This document shows, piece after piece, positions 1 through 7,254 of a DNA stretch of 64,000 bases. Position 1 is the stretch's first letter. Every line of letters starts with the position of its first letter. The DNA comes from Frankiaceae bacterium (GTDB lineage Bacteria > Actinomycetota > Actinomycetes > Mycobacteriales > SCTD01). The notes beneath the pieces are model-generated. The model ran no database searches. It was not told where the DNA came from and saw nothing but the letters and a program-made list of their open reading frames with translations. The stretch is from contig JAENVS010000002.1 in assembly GCA_016650445.1 (NCBI GenBank), positions 10,980-74,979 of the forward strand. The letters run 5' to 3'. The position numbers and the translations under genes are program-made.

Positions 1-756
1 GACCTCGACTCGAAGTTCTACGCCGCCACGCAGACCATGGACGAGGCTCGGCACGCGGAGACCTACGCGCGGTTCCTGCAGGAGAAGCTGGGACTGCTGT
101 ACCCCATCAACGACAACCTCTCCAAGCTGCTCGAGGAGACGCTGCGCGACTCGCGCTGGGACATGCCGTACCTCGGCATGCAGGTGCTCATCGAGGGGCT
201 CGCGCTGGCGGCCTTCGGGATGCTGCGCGACATCACGACCAAGCCGCTGCCCAAGCAGATCCTTGCCTACGTCATGCAGGACGAGGCGAGGCACGTCGCA
301 TTCGGCCGGCTTGCCCTGAAGGACGCCTATCGCGACCTGACGTCGAAGGAGCGCGACGAGCGCGAGGAGTTCGTGGTCGAGGCGTGCTACCTGATGCGCG
401 ACCGCATCCGGGGCCGCGAGGTCTGGGCGCTGTGCGGGCTGGACGAGAAGGAGTGCGACGGCTACGTCGACCAGTCGGAGTTCATGAAGCTGTTCCGCAA
501 CCAGCTCTTCACCCGCATCGTCCCGATCGTCAAGGACATCGGCCTGTGGGGCCCGAAGGTCCAGCGGGCCTACGCCGACATGGGCGTGCTGGAGATGGGC
601 GACGCCGACCTCGACCTGCTGATGAAGAACGACGAGGACCTGGCCGAGCAGATCGACCGCGACAAGCAGGAGGCCGCCGAGGTCGAGCGCCGGATCACCG
701 AGATCGAGCAGACGATCGCCATCGGTGCCGACGAGCAGCCGGTCGCTGTCGACTGA
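1..756 (+). CDS. Ferritin-like diiron-carboxylate domain protein (5' end lies upstream of window)
   Basis: Frame is open from nt 1 to the stop at 754-756. Two DEARH motifs (MDEARHAE, QDEARHVA) lie about 80 aa apart, as in diiron four-helix-bundle proteins. GC3-rich codon usage. Confidence 0.7.
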   Translation, partial: DLDSKFYAATQTMDEARHAETYARFLQEKLGLLYPINDNLSKLLEETLRDSRWDMPYLGMQVLIEGLALAAFGMLRDITTKPLPKQILAYVMQDEARHVAFGRLALKDAYRDLTSKERDEREEFVVEACYLMRDRIRGREVWALCGLDEKECDGYVDQSEFMKLFRNQLFTRIVPIVKDIGLWGPKVQRAYADMGVLEMGDADLDLLMKNDEDLAEQIDRDKQEAAEVERRITEIEQTIAIGADEQPVAVD

Positions 757-792
757 TTCCCCCTAGCCTGGTCGCCATGGCGTGGGTGTCGC

Positions 793-1323
793 GTGGCTGA
801 GCTGTGGGGGCTCCTCGCGGATGAGGACCGGCTTCGGGTGTTCTCGGCCATCGCACTCGGTGCCCGGTCGGTGCCCGACATCGCCGACCACACCGGTATG
901 GACCCGCGCACCGTCGTGAAGGCGTTGCAGCGGCTGGAGTCGGGCGGCGTCGTGCGCACCGACGGGCCCGAGTGGGAGCTGTGCCGCGACGTCATCGCCG
1001 CCGAGGCTCGGCGTACGTCCAAGTCGTTCGAGCCGTACGACGAGGAGGGCCTCGCGCCGCAGCAAGCCTCCGTGCTGCGTGCGTTCCTGCGCGACGGGAG
1101 ACTGGCGTCGATCCCGTCGGTCCGCTCCAAGCGGCTCGTCGTCCTGGACCACATCGCGAAGGTCTTCGAGGTCGGCGTCCGTTACAAGGAGCGAGACGTG
1201 GATGCCCTGCTTCGGGCGTTCCACGACGACTACGCGGCCTTGCGCCGGTATCTCGTCGACGAGGGCTTTATGTCGAGGGAGCACGCCGAGTACTGGCGGA
1301 CCGGAGGCAGTGTCAGGGTCTGA
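793..1323 (+). CDS. HTH / DUF2087-like putative transcriptional regulator
   Basis: GTG start. N-terminal winged-helix-like segment (RVFSAIALGARSVPDIADHTGMDPRTVVKALQRLESGGVV). C-terminal part resembles DUF2087 (KRLVVLDHIAKVFEVGVRYKERDVDALL..YAALRRYLVDEGFMSRE). Confidence 0.55.
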   Translation: MAELWGLLADEDRLRVFSAIALGARSVPDIADHTGMDPRTVVKALQRLESGGVVRTDGPEWELCRDVIAAEARRTSKSFEPYDEEGLAPQQASVLRAFLRDGRLASIPSVRSKRLVVLDHIAKVFEVGVRYKERDVDALLRAFHDDYAALRRYLVDEGFMSREHAEYWRTGGSVRV

Positions 1324-1333
1324 ATATGGTGGT

Positions 1334-1357
1334 CCCGGATTGGGCGAGAAATCCGGG
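1334..1357 (+). terminator. Stem-loop downstream of the DUF2087-like gene
   Basis: CCCGGATT-gggcgaga-AATCCGGG is an 8-bp perfect stem starting 11 nt after the stop codon. There is no U-tract, which is common in actinobacteria. Confidence 0.35.
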
Positions 1358-1376
1358 TGATCCGTCCACGGGATTG

Positions 1377-1580
1377 GTCCGATCGGGTGATGCGCGGCCA
1401 ATCGGCTGCGCACGAGGCTTTCCCGTGCAACGGCACGAAATCTGCCGTCCGGCCACCAGGCCGGCGGGCAGGGGGCGAAGATCCGCGCGGTCCTCACCGA
1501 CACCGCACCGGTGCACGGAGGCAGACGGTCGCCTAGACCGGCGGGGAGCCAACGGCGAGCCCGACTTGTCCGGCTGGACG
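1377..1580 (+). promoter_or_regulatory. Conserved structured 5' leader, copy A (upstream of LPFTG surface-protein gene 1)
   Basis: Shares long identical blocks with 3038-3238: GTCCGA-n-CGGGTGATGCGCGGCCA, CTGCCGTCCGGCC, CACCGACACC, GGTGCACGGAGG-n-AGACGGTCGCCTAGACCG, GGGGAGCCA, GGCGAGCCCGA, TGTCCGG. Hairpins at 1430-1448, 1449-1464 and 1526-1540. Confidence 0.55.
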
Positions 1581-1616
1581 AGCGTCGCGGCGCTCCCGCC
1601 TGGATGGACGACGACA

Positions 1617-2852
1617 GTGACCCCTCGTACGCGCCATGTCCCGACAACCAGCACAGTTCACGGGTTTCGGGCACTCGTCGGCGCGGTGGCGCTCCTTGTG
1701 CCGCTGACGCTGTTGTTGTCAGCTTCGCCGGCCGCGGCCGCGGTGCTCACCACGCACGACAAAGTCGGGATCTGCCATGCAATCGGCGGTCCCAAGGCGT
1801 ACGTGACGAACAGCCCGAACATCGACAGCATCGTCAAGGGAACCGGTCACGGCGGCCACGTCGACGACATCATTCCGGCGTTCGACTACGACCTGGGCGC
1901 GGGCGTCAAGCACTACGCAGGCCAGAACGTCGCGCTGATCAGCATCCTGAACAACAACTGCGGTCTGCCCGCGACTGCGCGGGCGGTGGCCCCGACTGTC
2001 GTTCAGTCGCAGTGCGTCAACAACGCGGGCACCGTGCCCACGTACACGATCGTCCCGGTCGCCGGGGTGGTCTACAGCGTCGGCGGCACCCCGGTGACGG
2101 GTACGAACAACGGCGCGGCGGGCAGCGCGATCACCGTCGTGGCAACGGCTGCGTCCGCAGCCATCACCTTGACGGGGAGCACGAGCTTCCCGATCACCTT
2201 CGCCGCGACCCCGACTCCGTGCGGCAGCACCCCCGCAGGCCCAGGACCGGGGAGCACAGGCGATGGGGGCGGCCCGGCACTGGACGGCAACCTCGGTGTG
2301 ACCAAGACGGGGACAGCCACGGCGCAGCCGGACGACGAGCTCGTGTGGAGCATCGTCGTGACCAACACGTCGGGTGCGGCTGCTACCGGCTTCACGGTCG
2401 CCGACAGGCTGGCTCCGGGGCTGTCGTTCAGCCAGGTTCAGGGCAACGACTTCGTCTGCACGCTCGCGGGCCCGAACATCAGCTGCGGTTACACCGGGTC
2501 GCTGGCGGTAGGCGCGAGCGCGACGATCTCGGTGCGGGCCCTCCTCGACGCCGGCTACAAGCCGGATGCGGTCACGAACACCGCTGTTCTGACTCCGGGC
2601 CGGCCGGACACCGACAGCGCGGACAACAGCTCCACAGCGATCACCGCTGTCACGCACCCCGCTGAGGAGTTCACTGGGGGCGGCGGCGGTGCGGTTGTGG
2701 CCCCGCCGGCTGAGACGGCGGGCGGCGGCGCGGCCCTGCCGTTCACGGGGTCGAGCACCGCGCGACTCGCCCAAGCAGCGCTGGCACTCCTGCTGCTCGG
2801 CGGATACCTGCAGGTCCTCGGTCGTCGACGCCGCCCGGAGGTCATCGGGTAG
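1617..2852 (+). CDS. Sortase-anchored surface protein, DUF11-type repeat, LPFTG sorting signal
   Basis: GTG 1617 gives a signal peptide (RALVGAVALLVPLTLLLSASPAAAA). There is a DUF11-like repeat (GVTKTGTATAQPDDELVWSIVVTNTSG..). The C-terminus is LPFTG plus a hydrophobic stretch plus RRRR. The upstream part of the 972..2852 ORF is judged a GC artefact. Confidence 0.8.
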   Translation: MTPRTRHVPTTSTVHGFRALVGAVALLVPLTLLLSASPAAAAVLTTHDKVGICHAIGGPKAYVTNSPNIDSIVKGTGHGGHVDDIIPAFDYDLGAGVKHYAGQNVALISILNNNCGLPATARAVAPTVVQSQCVNNAGTVPTYTIVPVAGVVYSVGGTPVTGTNNGAAGSAITVVATAASAAITLTGSTSFPITFAATPTPCGSTPAGPGPGSTGDGGGPALDGNLGVTKTGTATAQPDDELVWSIVVTNTSGAAATGFTVADRLAPGLSFSQVQGNDFVCTLAGPNISCGYTGSLAVGASATISVRALLDAGYKPDAVTNTAVLTPGRPDTDSADNSSTAITAVTHPAEEFTGGGGGAVVAPPAETAGGGAALPFTGSSTARLAQAALALLLLGGYLQVLGRRRRPEVIG

Positions 2853-2876
2853 TTCGTCGCCGCCGGCGCGGCCCAG

Positions 2877-2906
2877 GCCCCCTGCCCTGCACCGAGGGGA
2901 GGGGGC
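2877..2906 (+). terminator. Imperfect GC-rich stem-loop after surface-protein gene 1
   Basis: GCCCCCTgCCC-tgcaccga-GGGgAGGGGGC forms 10 bp with one G/G mismatch, 25 nt after the stop codon. Confidence 0.35.
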
Positions 2907-3037
2907 TGTGGCCTGCCCGGAGCACCTTCATGATCCCGCGGAACCAATTTCTCACTCTGAGTATCTCGAGCCGTGCGTTCCGTCACTCTCTGAGGTCGAT
3001 TCGGCCCGGAAAGATAGGAAGTACGCACGCGAAGATT

Positions 3038-3238
3038 GTCCGAACGGGTGATGCGCGGCCATCCGCCGTGGAGAACGCTCAACGGGCACGGCAAAACCTG
3101 CCGTCCGGCCGAGCGATCGGCTGGCGGGTGGGGGGCACGGATCCGAGTGGTCCACACCGACACCCACAAGGTGCACGGAGGAAGACGGTCGCCTAGACCG
3201 CTCGGGGAGCCAGTGGCGAGCCCGATCTGTCCGGTACG
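3038..3238 (+). promoter_or_regulatory. Conserved structured 5' leader, copy B (upstream of LPFTG surface-protein gene 2)
   Basis: Collinear with 1377-1580. Core block 3170-3200 matches 1510-1540 at 30/31 positions. Hairpins at 3088-3104, 3105-3124 (an extended version of the copy-A stem) and 3186-3200. Distance to the start codon is the same as in copy A. Confidence 0.55.
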
Positions 3239-3276
3239 ACCAAAGCGCCGCTGCGCTTCGCCGGACGGATGTCGCC

Positions 3277-5661
3277 GTGAACGTTCTCCCTCAGTCCCTC
3301 GCGACCGGCCTGCGACGCCGTGCTGCGCGGCGGGGCGCTGCGCTTGCCCTGGCCGTCGCCGTAGTCGCCCTGTTCGGTGGGGTGCCAGCCTCGGCCGGTG
3401 GCAGCGGGACGGTCAAGGTCGACGGTGACGACGTCGGCGGTCCCGGCAACGCGCCGCACCAGGCGTGCGGGCTGCAGGTCTCCCTGTACGACTTCGACGC
3501 GGGCGCGCACAACGCGGTGGTTACGTGGACCGCGAAGGACACGGGTCTGCCGATCGTCACCACCCCCGCGAGCGGCGCGACCAACCCCTACCCGTTTAAC
3601 GCGAGCGGCAACTCCGAGCTCAACATCTCCCTCCCCTTTGCCCTGCACACCGCCGGTCTCACGTTCCACGCCGGCCTCGGGTACCACGTCACGCTGGACG
3701 TGAGCGTCGACGGCGTCGGCAAGAGCAAGGTCATCTACGTCGGCGCCTGCTCGACGGACGTGGCCCTGTCCAAGACGACGTCGACTCCGACCGTCGCAGT
3801 CGGCGACGCGGTGCACTACACGCTGACCGTCACCAACAACGGCCCGCTGAACGGCGTGGGCTTCCAGGTCACCGACACGCTGCCGGCCGGGTTCACCCTG
3901 ACCTCCATCACGGCCCCCCTGTGGGACTGCGTCGGCACGGGTGTCGACTGCACGTACAAGCCCTCGAGTCCGCCGGTCCTGGTGGGCTCGTCGACGTCCT
4001 TCACCGTCAACGGCACGGCAACGGCCGCGGGCATCCCGTCCATGACGAACAACGCGCACCTTGACCCGCAGGACACGGACAACACCAACAACGCGGCCTC
4101 GGTGGTCGTCAACGTGAACGGCCTCGCGACCTCGCAGGCCGTGACCTTCGCGGACTCGGCCTGTGTGGCCAACCAGTCGACGGCGAACACCTACACGATC
4201 CCTGACCCGATCCCGACCGGTGTGGTCTACAAGATCGGTGCCGCCACCCAGACCGCGGGGCAGCACGCCGCCAGCCCCGGTCTGCTCACGGTCGACGTGA
4301 CTGCGGCTCCCGGCTACACCCTGTCTGGACTGGCGCAGTACACCCACACCTTCCCGGCCGTGGCGACCGGCTGCGAAGCCCCCACGGCGGCGGTGACGAA
4401 GGCCAACAACGCGAACGGGGATGAGACCTTCAGCATCTCGGAGGAGGCGACCTCGGTCTCACAGCCCGTGCAGTTCAAGCTGACGGTCACCAACACCAGC
4501 CCCTACGCGATCGACGTCAACCCGTCGATCTCCGACCAGGTGTGGGTAGGTGCGGAGCCCACGGAGGGCCCCAACCCCACGTCGTACAACTGCCTGCCGG
4601 CGATCACCAACCTGGCGCCCACGGTCAGTGCTTCCTGCGTGTTCACCGCGGACAGCTACTCGCCGGAGGACGGCGTGACCAAGTCCAACCGGGCGACGGT
4701 CACGTTGACCAAGTTCGTTCCTGTGGACGTTGACGTTCCGGGCCTGCGGCGCTTCAGGGCAGCGGCGCTGGTCGCGCCGTTCACCGCCGTCAGCAACGTC
4801 TCGACGGTGAAGACGGTGAAGCCCGTGATCCGCGTCGTCCTGCCGACCCCGGCTGCGGCGGTTGCCCCGACGGCGTCGCAGTCGACGTGCACCAACGGCA
4901 CCGCAACGACTCCCTCGTTCACCGTCCCGACGACGACGGGTGTGGTCTACACGCCGGCCACCGGCGGGACCGCGACGCCGGGCTCGACGGTGACCGTGAC
5001 GGCTGCTGCGGCTCCCGGCTACGTCCTGAGCGGACCGAGCAGCTTCCCGCTGGTCTTCGCAGCGCTGGCGGACTGCAGCATCACGGACAACGTCGGCGTC
5101 AGCAAGACCGGCCCCGGCACCGCACAGCCGGGTGACGAACTGGTCTACGCGATCGACGTGACCAACGTGCGGGGTACGCCGGCCACCGCCTTCACGGTCG
5201 TCGACACCCTGCCCGCGGGGCTGTCGTTCAGCTCCGCCGTCGGCTCCGGCTTCGCCTGCACCAACGCCGCCCAGGTCATCACGTGCGTGTACGGCGGTCC
5301 GGCGCTCACCGTCGGTCAGTCGGCCACCATCTCGGTCCGGGCACTGCTCGACAGCACCTTCAGCGGGACGTCGGTCGCCAACACGGCGGTCGTCGACCCG
5401 GGCCGGGCCGACTCCGACGCCGGTGACAACAGCGCGACCGCGACCACTGCGGTCGTCCCGCTGCCGATCTCCGGCGGTGGAGGCGGCGCCGTGGAGGAGC
5501 CCGCCGCCTCACCGTCGCCCGAGCCCGTCGCCGGTGGTGGAGGGGCCCTGCCGTTCACCGGCATCGACGGCGCCCAGCTCCTGCAGCTCGGAGTCTCGCT
5601 CCTGCTGGCCGGCCTGTTCGTGTCGCTGGCCACCCGCCGGCGGCGGACCAGCGCGGAGTAG
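3277..5661 (+). CDS. Large sortase-anchored surface protein with DUF11-type repeats, LPFTG sorting signal
   Basis: GTG start with signal peptide (RRGAALALAVAVVALFGGVPASA). DUF11-like repeats (VALSKTTSTPTVAVGDAVHYTLTVTNNG; GVSKTGPGTAQPGDELVYAIDVTN). Repeated GVVY..APGY.LSG modules are shared with gene 1. C-terminus is LPFTG plus TM plus RRRR. Confidence 0.85.
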   Translation: MNVLPQSLATGLRRRAARRGAALALAVAVVALFGGVPASAGGSGTVKVDGDDVGGPGNAPHQACGLQVSLYDFDAGAHNAVVTWTAKDTGLPIVTTPASGATNPYPFNASGNSELNISLPFALHTAGLTFHAGLGYHVTLDVSVDGVGKSKVIYVGACSTDVALSKTTSTPTVAVGDAVHYTLTVTNNGPLNGVGFQVTDTLPAGFTLTSITAPLWDCVGTGVDCTYKPSSPPVLVGSSTSFTVNGTATAAGIPSMTNNAHLDPQDTDNTNNAASVVVNVNGLATSQAVTFADSACVANQSTANTYTIPDPIPTGVVYKIGAATQTAGQHAASPGLLTVDVTAAPGYTLSGLAQYTHTFPAVATGCEAPTAAVTKANNANGDETFSISEEATSVSQPVQFKLTVTNTSPYAIDVNPSISDQVWVGAEPTEGPNPTSYNCLPAITNLAPTVSASCVFTADSYSPEDGVTKSNRATVTLTKFVPVDVDVPGLRRFRAAALVAPFTAVSNVSTVKTVKPVIRVVLPTPAAAVAPTASQSTCTNGTATTPSFTVPTTTGVVYTPATGGTATPGSTVTVTAAAAPGYVLSGPSSFPLVFAALADCSITDNVGVSKTGPGTAQPGDELVYAIDVTNVRGTPATAFTVVDTLPAGLSFSSAVGSGFACTNAAQVITCVYGGPALTVGQSATISVRALLDSTFSGTSVANTAVVDPGRADSDAGDNSATATTAVVPLPISGGGGGAVEEPAASPSPEPVAGGGGALPFTGIDGAQLLQLGVSLLLAGLFVSLATRRRRTSAE

Positions 5662-5677
5662 CCGCGCAGCTCCCGGA

Positions 5678-5703
5678 GGCCGCGTCCCACACAGGACGCG
5701 GCC
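5678..5703 (+). terminator. Intrinsic-terminator-like hairpin after surface-protein gene 2
   Basis: GGCCGCGTCC-cacaca-GGACGCGGCC is a perfect 10-bp stem followed by TTCGGTGT, 17 nt after the stop. Confidence 0.55.
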
Positions 5704-5836
5704 TTCGGTGTACGACGGGGATGCTCACGCCCGCGAAAATGGTCCTCCTGTAGTCCGAACGGGCCATGACGGCGGGCGCCCGTCTCGCGCACTCTGACAG
5801 CGGCAACAAAACGGACAGTTCAGTCAGGAGTACATC

Positions 5837-6286
5837 GTGGCCACATCAGCCCCACAGCGCCGCCTCGCCCACGCCGTCGTGGCGCTGGCCGTCGCCGGCC
5901 CTGCCGTGCTGCTCGGCGGGGTGGCTTGGGCCGACCCCACGCCGCCGCCGGACGCTGTCACGGCGACGGACACCGCCGCGGCCACCGAGGCGCCGGTCGT
6001 CCAGCCGAGCGTCGGCACCTGGATCATCGGCGGCACCTTGCTGGAGGGCTCCGCGGCCAAGCCGGCGGCCAAGCCGGCCGCCAAGCCCGTCGCCAAGCCG
6101 GCCGCCGTCGCGCCGGCCCGCACCTCCACCCGCACGGGGGCGCGCACGCAGCGGGCGACCAGCCAGCCGACCGCGCTGGCTTTCACCGGCGGCCACGTCG
6201 AGGCGCTCCTGCCTGCCGGCATCAGCCTGCTCGTCGGCGGTGTCGCGCTGATGCTCGCCGCCCGCCCCCGCCGCGCCGTCGCCTAG
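5837..6286 (+). CDS. Small secreted Ala/Pro-rich protein with LAFTG sortase (class E-like) sorting signal
   Basis: AGGAG lies 7 nt before the GTG. Signal peptide (LAHAVVALAVAGPAVLLGGVAWA), an AKPA repeat, and LAFTG plus TM plus RPRR at the C-terminus. Confidence 0.7.
   Translation: MATSAPQRRLAHAVVALAVAGPAVLLGGVAWADPTPPPDAVTATDTAAATEAPVVQPSVGTWIIGGTLLEGSAAKPAAKPAAKPVAKPAAVAPARTSTRTGARTQRATSQPTALAFTGGHVEALLPAGISLLVGGVALMLAARPRRAVA
6056..6103 (+). repeat. In-frame 12-nt tandem repeat (x4) encoding AKPA units
   Basis: GCCAAGCCGGCG / GCCAAGCCGGCC / GCCAAGCCCGTC / GCCAAGCCGGCC, read directly from the sequence. Confidence 0.85.
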
Positions 6287-7254
6287 GTCGCGCCTTCCGC
6301 GAGCGCGACCAGCAGCCTGCGCAACGAATCCAGTCTGGCCGCGCTGACCCCCACCTCGTCCAGGGCGCAGCCCGTTGTGCCCGGCAGGTGGCTGCACCCC
6401 GGCGGGCACCGCTCGGCGGCCACGGCGAGGTCAGGGAACGCCGCGAGCACCCGGGCCGGCGTCACCGCGCCCAGGCCGAACGACCGGATCCCAGGGGTGT
6501 CGATAACGGTGCCGCCCCCCGGCAGCTCCAGCGCGATCACGGACGACGAGATGTGCCGGCCCTTGCCGATCCCGCTGACGTCCCCCACCGCGCGCTGCGC
6601 GTCCGGGACGAGCTGGTTGACGAGCGTCGACTTGCCGACCCCCGACTGCCCGAACAGCACGCTGGTCCGTCCCGCGAGCCGGGCCTTCAGCTCCGGGACC
6701 CCGGTCGCCGGTCCCGTGACGACGGCCTCCACACCCAGCGGCCGGTAGAGCGCGAGCAGCTCCTCGGGTGACGCGAGGTCGGACTTCGTCAGGCACAGCA
6801 GCGGCTCCAGACCTCCGTCGTACGCCGCGACGAGGCAGCGGTCCACGAGCCGAGGCCGCGGTGGAGGGTCGGCGAGCGCGGTGACGACGACGAGCAGGTC
6901 GGCGTTGGCGACGACGGCGCGCTCGACCGGGTCGCTGTCGTCGGGTGTGCGCCGCAGCAGGCTGCTGCGCGGCTCGATCCGCACGATCCGGCCGAGCGCA
7001 TCCGGACCGCCGGCGATGTCGCCGACCACCCCGACCCGGTCGCCGACGACGACCGCGCGCCGCCCGAGCTCGCGGGCCCGGACCGACGTGATGATCGAGC
7101 CGTCCGCGAGCCGGAGCCGGTAGCGACCGCGGTCGACGGTGACGACCGTCGCGGCGACGGCCTCCTCGTGGGCAGGGCGGATGCGCGTGCGCGGACGCGA
7201 GCTGCGCCCGGGGCGGACCCGGACGTCGTCCTCGTCCAGCTCGCGCGCGGTCAC
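6283..7254 (-). CDS. rsgA: Ribosome small-subunit-dependent GTPase A
   Basis: GTG start overlaps the aroA stop (GTGA). Permuted GTPase motifs TKSDL, GQSGVGKSTLVN and DTPG. C-terminal Cys/His zinc cluster (CPPGCSHLPGTTGC). Confidence 0.9.
   Translation of the reverse strand: MTARELDEDDVRVRPGRSSRPRTRIRPAHEEAVAATVVTVDRGRYRLRLADGSIITSVRARELGRRAVVVGDRVGVVGDIAGGPDALGRIVRIEPRSSLLRRTPDDSDPVERAVVANADLLVVVTALADPPPRPRLVDRCLVAAYDGGLEPLLCLTKSDLASPEELLALYRPLGVEAVVTGPATGVPELKARLAGRTSVLFGQSGVGKSTLVNQLVPDAQRAVGDVSGIGKGRHISSSVIALELPGGGTVIDTPGIRSFGLGAVTPARVLAAFPDLAVAAERCPPGCSHLPGTTGCALDEVGVSAARLDSLRRLLVALAEGAT

Noticed and set aside
1377-1580. Calling the conserved leader a ydaO-yuaA (c-di-AMP) riboswitch
   Set aside because: Only short strings resemble remembered conserved segments, and their order and spacing do not obviously fit the pseudo-symmetric ydaO architecture. 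This needs a covariance-model search, so it is left as a hypothesis in the findings.
972-1616. N-terminal 215 codons of the 626-aa ORF 972..2852
   Set aside because: It overlaps the DUF2087-like gene and the conserved leader, and the translation is Arg/Pro-rich. A proper signal peptide begins at GTG 1617.
2958-2997. Two CACTCT(CT)GAG motifs 24-35 nt apart upstream of leader copy B, and a similar CACTCTGA at 5791
   Set aside because: Their position relative to the conserved leader is inconsistent (upstream in one case, downstream in the other), and the motif is absent from copy A. Likely coincidence.
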